Part shown: positions 24,601 to 35,622 of the stretch, piece by piece | Layout: each line of letters opens with the position of its first letter | Position numbering within the stretch: the stretch's first letter is position 1 | Assembly (NCBI RefSeq): GCF_000400465.1 | Contig: NW_008806282.1 | Location: forward strand, 20,001 to 82,000 | Length of the DNA: 62,000 bases | From: Wallemia ichthyophaga EXF-994 | Lineage: Eukaryota; Fungi; Basidiomycota | Reading direction: 5' to 3' | Program-made: the position numbers and the translations under genes | Notes under the pieces: generated by a model | What the model was told of the DNA's origin: nothing | What the model saw: only the letters and a program-made list of their open reading frames with translations | Databases searched by the model: none

Positions 24601-25836
24601 GAGGGTTTATTTCTGACGTAGACGTTGCTGGTGTGAGTGTTAAGTGTCGTGCATTGTAATTACGACTAACACAACTCCTAGGATGACGACCAATACGCCG
24701 TCGCAGTTGGCGAGTTTGCAATTGACAAGGAAGGCGACCTTATCTACATTGCAACATACGACTACGAGGACAAAAACTGGTCGAGATTGGGCGATGGTAA
24801 TTTACCTGGCATACCCACAACAGTCAAAACCGATGACAGGAATATTGACAACGTCTTTATTGCTGGCAGGCGCACAGACAGCAATCAGACGTACATCTAC
24901 AACTACGACGGTGATACTTTTAGTGATATCTCTAATGATATGTTTCAAGGGACTGGCAGAATACATGGGTTGGAATTCCTCCCAGTGCAGGAGGTGGATG
25001 AACAGGAGCAGAAGGAGCGTGAAGAAACGATAATGGAGAATGACAGAATATTATATGTGACTGGTGACATTGACTTGCGCGGCGTTGGTCGTGTGTCATC
25101 AGTGATGTATGATGGATTGAATTGGCATCCTCATCTCCAAACATTCGGCTCAGATGGTAGTGCAGGATCTCTAGCATCTATTATGTCCTCCTCTGACTTT
25201 TCATTTTCTTCAAGAGGTGAGTAGACAAGAGGTTAATTGGACTACTTACCTAACTAGAATACAGACTTGCTGGCACTCGGTATAATTATCCTCATTTCTA
25301 TTGCGTTGGGATTGGGTGTTGTCTTATTGATAGCACTGATTGCGATACTGATATCTTTGTGGGAACGTCGTGGAGAATCACGTCCAATTCTGTTGGAGAA
25401 TGACGAGAAAGATGAGCAGGTACGGCCATCGTCGTTGCTGGCGAATATAAACCAAGCTACTACCAACATAGCTCGAGGCTCGACGACGAACGCACAAACA
25501 CTTGCACCAACGCCAATTATTAAGCTCAACGATCAAGACACAGGGAAAGGAAAGACAGAAGAGGTGGGTGAGATGGATGACAGTTTCAATAGGTCATATT
25601 CCACGGGTGCATCGACGTCAGATAATCCGCCTCAAATATCTCCAGCCGATCTCAATAATGGTGTAGGGTATAGGTGTTATTCGAGGTATGACTTTGCTGG
25701 TGATCGCCAGGGTGAAATACCTTTGATTGTCGGTCAGCAAGTGCAGGTTCTCAATGATAGCGATCAGGACTGGTTCTTTGTTCGCGACCCTGCATCTACT
25801 CATGAAGGTGTCGTGCCCTCTTCGTATCTTTTCTAG
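21678..25836 (+). CDS. RAX2: Rax2-like polarity membrane protein (beta-propeller ectodomain, one TM, C-terminal SH3)
   Basis: Signal peptide, repeated VGGxF/GGNF blades, RPYVGERGLYEIYISIPGC, TM IIILISIALGLGVVLLIALIAILI, SH3 YDFAGDRQGEI..WFFVRDP..EGVVPSSYL. Confidence 0.85.
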
Positions 25837-25891
25837 TTATGGTAGTTATTAGCAGTTGAATTATTTATTATTCCTTATTGTACATAGCAAT

Positions 25892-28325
25892 TTAATTAAT
25901 CTCGAATATCTGTTGGTGTTATATTAAAGGGTGTATGAGAGAAGCAAATGAATGACTCACGTTATCCGAGTCAGACCATGTGTCTTGGTTTTCGGACACC
26001 TTGACTCGCTTCTCAAAATAAATGGGCTCTCCGGTAGTCTCACTCGTGATTGGAATCCAGTCATCACCAATGTTCTTAAACCACTTGACTCTGGAATGAG
26101 CGTAAGATTTGTCACGACTGCGACGATCTCTTTGTGCTTGCTCGAGGTAATTCTTATACTCTTCAGCTATATCAGCATTGCCTTGCTCCAAAGCTCGCTG
26201 ATCAGGTCTGCGTCGAGAATCTGTAGGCGGGAGAATATTCTCGTTTACCATTTCATTCAATCCAACAGCATATCTGGAGAAACCGTAGTAATCTTGACAG
26301 TCGGGAGGGAATTGGTTGATAGATTCCCACAGCTGCTGGAATCTGTCCGTTGAGTGTCCGTGGTCGTCGACTAGCTGACGAACAAAATTTTGCGACCATC
26401 TGCCATTCAGTCTGCACAGACGGGTGTGACTGCTATCTTCTATGGAACCCTCCACATAGCCTCGTGACGATTCACCGCCAAAGAAACTACCCTCTTTGAA
26501 CGCAATGGTGGATGATTCGCCCGTGGTCTCGTTCTTTATATCTAAATCACCCGTGTGTTCGAGATATGGGGAGGACATGACTAGGTTGCGAATAAATGAG
26601 CTGGGCTTGCGCCTGGAGGAGGAGTGTGTGTTAGTGTGTGTTGGTGGAGTAATAAAAGCGCCACCCACCATGTGTAAATATCGCCGGTAGATTTGATGGT
26701 CAATTTGGCATTACCAATGGGGATAATTTCCATACTCTTGCCCCAGAACCTGAAATGTGTTAACTTAATCACACTGTTACAACGAAATAAACTCACTTCT
26801 GTTTGACACCCGACGTTGCCACGTACGTCCAATCTTCACCCTGTGCATAAGCAGCCACTAAAGGCGGATGATGGGTAACCTTCTCACTGAAGAAAGCAAA
26901 TTGGGGGGTGATGAGCTCGTATGTCTCACCAAGGAGAGGATTGAAAGGTTTCCTAGTCGATCTGTATTGCGTGCACGAGTAGCTCGAGACGCAGAAAGCG
27001 GCAATACAGGCCATACGCTCGACACTACTCTTGGCTTTGATGGCCTTGTCGATGAGTTCTACGTACTCAAAATCCTCAGCTACCTTCTGCAGTAGGGAGA
27101 GGGGCTCGTTAAAGCTCACTGGGAAGGAGATGGTGGTGAGGTCTTTGCCAACGTTTTTCTTCAAGACACCAAGCAGACCAATTTCCTGTGATTATCGTGC
27201 GATTGTGAGTTGGTGTCATGTCTTCAAATTTAAGACAACTCACATCACCAGAGATCGGAGCAGGTAGTTGCTGCCGCCGTGAGAGCTGCATGGGGCCATA
27301 TTTGGAGGTGACTTCACCCGACACTTCTTCTTTATGGTACGTGCCCTCTTTATCCACCTCATCGTCGTCATCTTGAACATCAACGTTGTCATTATCGTTG
27401 TCATTATCGTTGTCATTATCGTTGTCATTATCATTGCCGTCATCATCGTCATCGCCGTCGTCGCACTCGTATGCCTCACCAAAGGTGTCGTGGGCGTCAT
27501 AGAACTCAAAGTCATTGATAGAGGAAGTGCGTGAAGGGGCGTAGCGCGAGGGTGCGGGAGGGTTGTTGGAAGACTTTCGATTGTTACTGTCGTAATGCAT
27601 CGAATATATCTCCTGCTGTAGTCTTCTTAATTCGGCAGTAGAATCGAGCATCCGTTCAAAGAAAGCATCGTAAGCTCTGGGGCTGTATGGGGAGTGTGTA
27701 GAGTCGGAAAAATCTTCATTTGATGAATTGAGCTTAGGTGATTTGTGGAATATGTTTAGTAGACCACCTTGAGTGTGTGTGTGTGTGGTTTCGCGTGAAC
27801 TTGATTGGTTATGACAATTCTTTAAATTCTCTAGGTCAAATTCGAGGAGGTCGATAAGTTTAAGGGATTTGTTCATGTTATCAGTTGGGGTACTAGTATT
27901 CTCAGCCACAGTTTGGAGTGCAGGATTAGTTGTATCGAGGAATAAACCCAATGTCTTCATCCAGGTTAAGTACTCCTCACCTGAATTGAATTTTATATGC
28001 CAAGTCGATGTACCGCCGTCAATGGTCACAGTGCGTCGATTGCTGTGAGATAACCAGACGCTGGAACGGAGGTTAACGTGATCTCTAACTGTGTCTGTAT
28101 TTGTGACTGCGTAGTTGAGAATCCCAGAGGACTACAAAATGATCAACGCGTATCCATTAATACTGTCATTTGGCTTACGTAGAGTCTGAAATAACGCCTA
28201 GCGAATCCCTGCATTTTCTTCTGTTTCTTCTTGAGTAAATATCCCTCGATCATTACTCTACCTGTGTTATTATCGTGTATCGACATCCTCTGATGAGAAG
28301 GACGTGAAGGTCGTGATATTGACAT
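25892..28325 (-). CDS. OSH3: Oxysterol-binding protein with N-terminal PH domain
   Basis: PH EGYLLKKKQKKMQGFARRYFRL; ORD PVSFNEPLSLLQ, KPFNPLLGETYE, EKVTHHPP, LPPTDSRRRPDQRALE. Confidence 0.9.
27385..27432. repeat. Four perfect copies of gttgtcattatc (coding DNDN tract in OSH3)
   Basis: Direct inspection. Confidence 0.95.
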
Positions 28326-28392
28326 TATGGACGTGTCGAATAAAGGAGAAAATCGGTAAAAATAAATTAAATTCTGAAATACAAACTACATT

Positions 28393-28981
28393 CTAAGTCT
28401 CTGAGCTGCATCCACGGCATCCTGTGGTGTTGTTAGCTATAACCATCTCCACGGCTTTTACACACCACAATGCACACACTCAAAAGTCTGTCCATCCTTG
28501 AGGTGAGCCTTTGGTACTCTACAGATACACGTAGATCCTTCATAGTTCATGTCTCTGCTCTGTATACACCGCGTACAGCACAGCTTCTCGTATCCCTGTT
28601 TCTTCCATTTGGCTATCAAATTGGCGTCTGCATAGCCCTGCTTCACCAGCCAATCGTAAAGTTCCTTGGATATTTGCTTACGTTTGTAGTACAAGTCGAA
28701 TATATCTGTGGGATGTTAATTGGTGCCACTCTTACTACTAAATACCCCACATCTTGATCTCGTATGCGATATTCTCATTACAGGCCACAGTGTCTCGTTC
28801 TTACGCTTCCCATCCACTGTTTCTGCCTCCACGTCGCGCATCTTACGAGTATAATCTGGAGTGAGAGGCGCATGAGATGTGTTTATATCGCAAGACACTC
28901 TGCCGCACCCTCTAATATCTGCTCAATAGCTTCAAATCCTTCTGGTGGCTGCTTTGTGCGCTGTGTCCTTATCTTTGGCAT
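28393..28981 (-). CDS. BUD31: Splicing factor Bud31/G10
   Basis: [51 protein letters not shown]. Confidence 0.96.
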
Positions 28982-29070
28982 TGTGGTGGTGAATGTGGGT
29001 GTATAACATGTGATTAATAAAGATATTTACAATATTCGCTGTGTATTCTTAACTCGTTCAATAATACCCT

Positions 29071-29884
29071 TTATCCCCTACGAGCAGCTCGATTTGGTGT
29101 CCACTCCTGCGTCTTCCCTGTCCCTGGAGCGAATTCACCCGCCTGTTTCCTCAAACGACCCTCTTCTTGCTGCCTTTGATGCATTTCATTAGGATCGAAT
29201 CCATGTCTGCGTTCTTCCACATGCTCCATTGTTTCCTCGGGTGTTCTTCCTGCCTCTTGCGTTTCGATAGCTGGTTCGAATGCCTCTAGCGGGTTTTGGT
29301 TGTAATGTTGCTGTGCCTTGATGTGCTCGTGTTGCTCGTGTTCGTGTTGCATATCTACCTCTGCAGTGCCACTCTCCGGCGCAGGCACAGCGCCTCTACT
29401 CTTCGCGAAAGCTGCATCGATACGCGCTGCATTCTGCTGTGTGCGCTGTATCCTGAGCAAATCCGATTCCAACTCCTAGGTAATATTCAATATCAACTCA
29501 CGTAATCACCACTATCCACCCCCACTCACCTCGATCGACGGCGGAGAGAGACGCGTGTGCCTGAGCCACGCCTGCCACTGCGCTGGCATATTCTTGCCGA
29601 CCAGAGCCCAATCGACCTGGCGCGGATACCTGACTGAGCGCTTCGGACGTTCTTTGTAGTCTGTTGTGGGTGGGTGCTCGAAATACTTGTTGCCTGAGAT
29701 TAGACATTAGATTGGGGTAATTCACCCTGCTGTATAGTCCCACCCTCTAAATCGTATCCCACGAAATACCTGTCACTCTATCCCGCATCAGAATAGCCAC
29801 TACACAGCCACAGCCACCCACTGGCTTTGGTATTTTGCTCCATAAGAAGCTGAATATTCCGCTGCGTGCTGGTGATTTAAGCAT
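29071..29884 (-). CDS. Complex I assembly factor NDUFAF2/mimitin (NDUFA12 family)
   Basis: Spliced RYFVGYDLEGNKYFEHP..RPKRSVRY, later DLLRIQRTQQNAARID. Confidence 0.75.
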
Positions 29885-29924
29885 GACTGACGGTGATCGT
29901 GGTAATCCTTCTTGATCAAACACC

Positions 29925-30913
29925 ATGATAAGGGGTGTGAAAATTAGGTGGTCTGGGCACAGCAAACTCAGCACACTCAGCACATTCAGAACTCTCTCCA
30001 CATCCACCACACACCTCCAAAGCCAGCTGCCGAATCCCAACGCCGAAAAGGAAGCCAAGAAAGAAGCCTATCGGCACGACCTCGATGAGCAAGTGAGGCG
30101 ACAAGAGGAAGCTGCGAGCAAAGCGCAAGACAGTCAACCCACACTTGCTTACCTCCCTCGAGCATTAGGGGTAGTAGACAAGCCCTTATCCAGCGCGAGT
30201 GCGACTGAGCAGAGCTGGACACAGCGCAGCAGAAGCTATTTCTCTGAAACTAAATTAGAGGAGCGGAGGAGGTTATTGTTGAAAGAGTCGCGCAATGCTT
30301 ATTATACGGATCTCAAACTCATTCAGCAGCACGGCGGGAAAACGTGGATGGCACCACCCTCCCTCATCCAGCAGCAACGTGCACTCTTTTTCCCCGATAT
30401 CAAAGGTACCCTTTTGAGAGACGGAAAGAGTACAAGACATACTAGCGACCTTCTCCCAGGCAAAATATCCCTCGTCGCTATCATGAGCACACGTATCGCC
30501 CAGGAACACGCCAAGTCTTGGTCTGAACCTTTCCTCAAGGCGTTTGCAAACACCCCCGCTTTTCAGTATTTACAGGTAAGTGCGATATCGCGTATATCTC
30601 ACACAAACTAACACAATATCCTCAGATCAACTCTCAAAGCAACCCTCTCAAAAGCTGGCTTGTCACACTTTCACTCAACAACCTCCGTCGTATGGTACCC
30701 ACCCAGCTGCAGGATACTTACCTTGTCAGCTCTCAGTCACTTGAGACCGAAAGGGAATATCTCGCTTTCGATAACCAGTACGCAGCTTATGTTTATCTAG
30801 TCGATCAGCAAGGTAAAATTCGCTGGGCAGGTGCTGCTTTTGCCCAGCAGAGGGAGATTGATGCTGGGATCAAGTGTGCAAGTGAGTTATTACAGCGGCT
30901 GCATGGGGAGTAA
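29925..30913 (+). CDS. ATP10: Mitochondrial ATP synthase assembly factor Atp10
   Basis: KTWMAPPSLIQQQRALFFPDIKGTLL, NQYAAYVYLVDQQGKIRWAG. Confidence 0.9.
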
Positions 30914-30927
30914 ATGATGCATGCATT

Positions 30928-31884
30928 TTATAGATTTGTTTTGTCTAGTTTGGTGGTTATGCTCTGTGTGTGTGTGTTTTCGTTGTCCTTTTCCTCTTTA
31001 TAGTTATGACTGTTGTCACCGCTGTAATTTTCACTCTCACTGTCCTCCTCACTCCCACTGCCACTCTCTTCTTCACTTTCCTCACTCTCTTCCTCGCTCC
31101 CGCTCTCTTCAATCCAGTTCTGGTGGTTGGGGTTCGCCTGGAGCAGATCATCCTCCTCATCATCCTTCTGTCTGGCTTGCTGATATTCACGCTGTTCGTC
31201 TGCCATGATATGCTCCTGCTCTGCGACAATCTCCTCGCTGCTAGCGCAACCCTTGTATCTCTCCAGCAAACCTTTGTTAACTTTGAGGAAAGAGTGACCC
31301 CAACTAAATTTCGATAGCAGTGTTTCCGCACACATATCGAAACCGGTGAGGAAGAAAGTAGCAGCGAGGGCCTCAACGCAATTAAGTCTCCACGGCTTAC
31401 CGTAATTGACAGGATTAGTAGCGATGAGATAAGGGAGGAGGCGTTCATGCGGGCTCTTTATCCTGCCCCACGGAATCTCGTCGAGTCTAGCCCACGAGCA
31501 CTCCACGACAGCGGCTCCACTAGCGGCAACGATATCTTTGTCTGCGGGGCTGACGGTGAGGGAACCTTTGGGTCTGGAGCGTGTAAGAAGACGGTGTGAC
31601 TTGCACTAGGACACCCACGATAGCACCACTCCTCTAAACCGCTGGCCTACTTTCATATCCTTGATGAGCCCCTGCCGAGACAGCTTCTTGCCGGAACAGC
31701 GACGTGGATCGCAGTGGTTGAAATCCCACATCGCTACAGGTACACCGAGACTGGCAACGAGACCATCACGCTTCTCTTCCCGCCTGCTCTTTATACCCAT
31801 CGGTGCATCATCTATCGCAGAATCAGGCCTCTCACCCAACTCGAATACTTTGTAGTCGTAGCGCTTGTTGTGGGATTTGGGCAT
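30928..31884 (-). CDS. TSR3: 18S rRNA aminocarboxypropyltransferase Tsr3
   Basis: AMWDFNHCDPRRCSGKKL, ECSWAR, RLLPYLIATNPVNYGKPWRLNCVEALAA, FSWGHSFLKVN. Confidence 0.96.
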
Positions 31885-32016
31885 TCGGTGGAGATGGTGG
31901 TAGTTGGGGTACAAGGGAGTTTTAGAGAGATGAATGGCAATAAGGAGAGATTAGCAGAGATTGTTGCATCTATCTTCTATGGCTTCTATCCTTTACACCG
32001 ACCATCCATCTCGACG

Positions 32017-33549
32017 ATGGCCAGCAATGATTTTTATAAATTTATGGGAAATGGGGAAAACAAGGAGAAAATTGAGAATGAGTTGGAGTATAAGCAACAG
32101 CAGCAGCAGTATCAGCAGCAACCGCACGAGTATCAGCAGCAACCACACAACCACCAACAACACTACTTGAGCCAGGTATCGCCATTGGATAACTACTACA
32201 ACCCAGAATATACACAGGATGATATTGATCTTTTATTGACACCGTTTTTATCCCCCACACTCACACCCGCACTCACACCTTCACTCACACCTGCTCTCAC
32301 TCCCCACTCTGTCTTCTCTCAACCGCCTTTAAACACTGATGATCACATTAGCATCGCCCACACTCAAAATGATATTCATTCAGATTTATTTAGTCCTCTG
32401 ACGTCACCCGCTCTATTGCCCACACCAAACTCACCTAAGACATTCACCACACAAAACACTCACCAAAGAACCGGTTCTCATTCTGCTAGAAGAGGCGCTT
32501 CTACTGAGGCCAGGGCTAATAAGATTAGACCGTCTCCCGTTATGAAACCTCTTTCTTCGAGGTTGAGAAAATTTGATCTAGACAGCAGCAACCTGGAAAA
32601 ATCGCCCATCAACCTCGACTTAGACGCTGCTTCTATGCCGCCCCCACCAATTACCAACCAAACCAACCAATCAAATCTAGCACCGGTTACTCCAGCTTCT
32701 ATTATGAACATGTCTAGTAACAGCAATTCACAATCCTCACACACCTCCTCAAGCTCAAGCGGAACAGCCACACCGACCACACAAAACACTCTCACAGACA
32801 TGGCTAACCTCTCCCTCCACTCTGACTCAAACTACGCCAATGTCCTCACTGGCAGGAGCATCAACCCTAAAATGGCAGACTTGTTAGAATCCCAAGCGCA
32901 CGTAGCAGGTCACGATAACGCTGCCAAACGCGCTTCACACAAGGTCGCCGAGCAGAGGAGGCGAGATTCCCTCAAACACTCGTTCGACGACTTGAGAGCT
33001 TTGCTGCCACCCGTTGTCGATGACAACGATCACGATAGCGCTGGTGTCAGTGAAGGTAGACTCGACTTGCGTTTGGAGATGAAAGACATGGACTCGGCTC
33101 AGATTAATAAAGGTGTTTCTAAAGTTGTTCTCTTGAAACTCGCCAACGACTACATCACGATTCTCAACCATCGGCTCGGTAGACGTGACAATATTATCGC
33201 CAGTTTGAGAGACGAGGTGGCTGAGTTGAGAGGGGGGAGCAAATGCGGAGGTGATGGTGATGGTGGACAAGATGGTGAAGCTGGTCATGCTAGTCAAACT
33301 AATTCAGTGGATAACAACACCTTCTTGCATAACATCGACGCCGTCGAACACCACATCCAGCAGGCTGCTCTGCTCGCTATGGATGGAAACGTGCACCAAA
33401 AGAGGGAGTCTATTAGCGAGCCTCCTGCTGCCCACAAGGGCGCGTCGAGCAGAGGCAAAGGCAGGATTAGAGGCGCGAGCAAGGCTGCCAAGCAATACCT
33501 CCAACAGGCCACACAAGACAAGACTCAGACACAGACTCAACAGAAATAG
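32017..33549 (+). CDS. bHLH transcription factor, Pho4-like
   Basis: KRASHKVAEQRRRDSLKHSFDDLRALLP..KGVSKVVLLKLANDYI; array of [ST]PxL sites. Confidence 0.8.
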   Translation: MASNDFYKFMGNGENKEKIENELEYKQQQQQYQQQPHEYQQQPHNHQQHYLSQVSPLDNYYNPEYTQDDIDLLLTPFLSPTLTPALTPSLTPALTPHSVFSQPPLNTDDHISIAHTQNDIHSDLFSPLTSPALLPTPNSPKTFTTQNTHQRTGSHSARRGASTEARANKIRPSPVMKPLSSRLRKFDLDSSNLEKSPINLDLDAASMPPPPITNQTNQSNLAPVTPASIMNMSSNSNSQSSHTSSSSSGTATPTTQNTLTDMANLSLHSDSNYANVLTGRSINPKMADLLESQAHVAGHDNAAKRASHKVAEQRRRDSLKHSFDDLRALLPPVVDDNDHDSAGVSEGRLDLRLEMKDMDSAQINKGVSKVVLLKLANDYITILNHRLGRRDNIIASLRDEVAELRGGSKCGGDGDGGQDGEAGHASQTNSVDNNTFLHNIDAVEHHIQQAALLAMDGNVHQKRESISEPPAAHKGASSRGKGRIRGASKAAKQYLQQATQDKTQTQTQQK

Positions 33550-33658
33550 ATACAGTTTGTCTGGGATTATATGAATATGGATTTCCTTCATGTTTTTATC
33601 TTTTCTATTGTTGTTTTAGACTTTTTTTTGTAAACATACATGTTTTATATCTTGCATC

Positions 33659-34500
33659 ATGCGCTCATCAAGCGATATCGAGTTCCTCAAGCTGCTGCTC
33701 TCAGACTCGAATTTGCCAACAGGCGGTGTGAGTTGGGATTGATATGTTTCTATAATTTGTGCTAACATAAGCGCCAGTTCGTTGCCTCATCTGGACTGGA
33801 GTCCTTTATCGGCCATGGTCAATCGCATGGTCAGCTCACGCACACCGCCTTGATCGACTTCCTCCGTTTCAGTTGCGACAACACAGCCAGCACGACGTTG
33901 GCGTATATAAGCGGGGTGCATAGCATAATACGCGACACACCCACACCCACACCCACGCGCACACAGCTCGAGCAACTGAAGCGACTTGATGGGGTGCACG
34001 ATGCACAGATGCTCAACCACGCCGCAAAGCGCGCGAGCAAAGCGCAGGGGATGGCCATCCTTACGCTGCACGCCAAGTCCTTCGGCGGCCACGACGTCAT
34101 TCGCGATTTCCGACACGCCGTTCGGAGTGCGTCTTCCGAGGGCCATCTGGCCATTTGCTGGGGACTGATGACTGCTGTGCTTGGTATGCCCTCGCAAGAC
34201 GCTCAACATCTCCATCTTTTCCTACACGCTAGATCCCTCCTTAGTGCCGCTGTTAGACTTAATGTCCTCGGTCCGTACGCTGCGCAGAAAATCCTCCTGC
34301 ATGACGCTCGAGATATCGTTGATAGCGCCTTTCACCGCTGTTGTCATGTGCGCGTTGGTAATCTAGATTCGGTTGTTGGAGATTATGTATATGACACAGA
34401 CGATGCAGACGACCATATCGGCCCTGCTACGACTTGGCCTTTGATCGAACTTATTGGCAGCAGGCATGACTTACTCCACACACGCATTTTCAATAGCTAG
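33659..34500 (+). CDS. Urease accessory protein UreF
   Basis: LLLSDSNLPTGGFVASSGLES, SKAQGMAILTL, GHLAICWG, AAVRLNVLGPY, HDLLHTRIFNS. Confidence 0.92.
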
Positions 34501-34558
34501 CACACAGCACGCAGCACACTCCGATCACATTGTAAAGTCAGTACAGTTATACACTTAT

Positions 34559-35354
34559 CTATATCAAAGATGGAAACTCTTCACCAACTTATTAAACCCA
34601 CTCGAGCCACTCTGTATCATAAGTTCCCTCAGTGTCTCAAATGGTGGTTGAGCTTTCCTTCTCATCCATAACTTCTGTCGCAGGACATGGTACTTCTACT
34701 TGGAGTCAGTTGGTGATCACCTATACACCCAGATACCCACTTCCTTCTGCTCGTTGGGCACCATTCTCCATCTGAAACCAGCGAGGACCATCATAGTCTG
34801 AGGTGAAATTTGGAGTAATCGTCCGGCTTGATTCTGCACGCCAGCTCATCTGCATCAGCTGAACTTAGCGATCTCATAATTCTCTCGATCAGCTGCTTCG
34901 GCTCCTCTCTGCGCCACATCTCATACTGGTGTTTGAAGTAGTAGCAGAAGCAGCCGCCCGATTCCTTCATGTTGACATACACATCTACAAACTGATCGAA
35001 CTTGACGTGAGTAGTTTGTTTACTGCGCTTGTTTATCATCTCGGACGTCTTTCCTAACATGTTGCCTTTACTAGGAATGCTAGGTTGGTATATATGTCTG
35101 TTTTGCGCTTTAGTAGCGAGTGGTGGTGCTGACATATTGACGTGCGTGCGCGTGCGGAGACTAGGCGATGTAAGCATCATTTTTGTTTGCGTAGATCGGG
35201 TATCATCTGTTTATCGTGTTAGTTGTGCGTAGTGATCATCACGCTTCGCAGTACCTCGCTTGCTAGCAGAGAGTCCTGCTCTCGCTGCAATAGGTATCTT
35301 GGGATATTCGGTGCGGATACTTTTCACGTCAAACCAGTTGACCATGCGTAACAT
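34559..35354 (-). pseudogene. Candidate stop-interrupted gene, four exons
   Basis: ATG 35354; introns 35254-35207, 34980-34926, 34740-34696 with donors gtactg, gtatgt, gtgggt; stops TGA 34891, 34876, TAA 34867, TGA 34639, TAA 34594, 34591; an alternative splice model still leaves TGA 34793. Confidence 0.6.
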
Positions 35355-35622
35355 TCTTTATGAGTATTGGGAAGGAAGTAGAAGTGTCACGTACTTTTAA
35401 GATCCCATTTAAACACCTCCTTTAGCTGTCTTTGTTGCAGGTTTAGCCCACCCTCATTGTTTTCATGCAGAAATTTGAAATTTGTTTTGTAATACTGCTT
35501 ACCCACCGGCTGTACCTTTGGAATTTGAAAATGGAAATTTTTACACCACCCTTCATCCTCACAAGATCTCAACGTTGTAATACTTAGCTTTAAAGATAAA
35601 ATCAATACAAACTTTTACAAAG

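Noticed and set aside
31714-32016. 5' extension of the bHLH ORF (and 53095-53241 for PalC)
   Set aside because: Antisense overlap with the TSR3 and SMC1 first exons; downstream ATGs fit the family N-termini.
27240-33591. Long antisense or alternate-frame ORFs (27334-27534, 30957-31448, 30970-31317, 33304-33591)
   Set aside because: Shadows of low-complexity acidic or repetitive coding sequence.
17010-34500. Urea-utilisation gene cluster (DUR3 + UreF)
   Set aside because: About 14 kb and nine unrelated genes apart, with no urease; likely coincidental.
35387-35605. 72-codon minus-strand ORF after the beta-glucosidase
   Set aside because: Could be a 5' extension of the 34559-35354 locus, but the splice phase does not join it cleanly; left uncalled.
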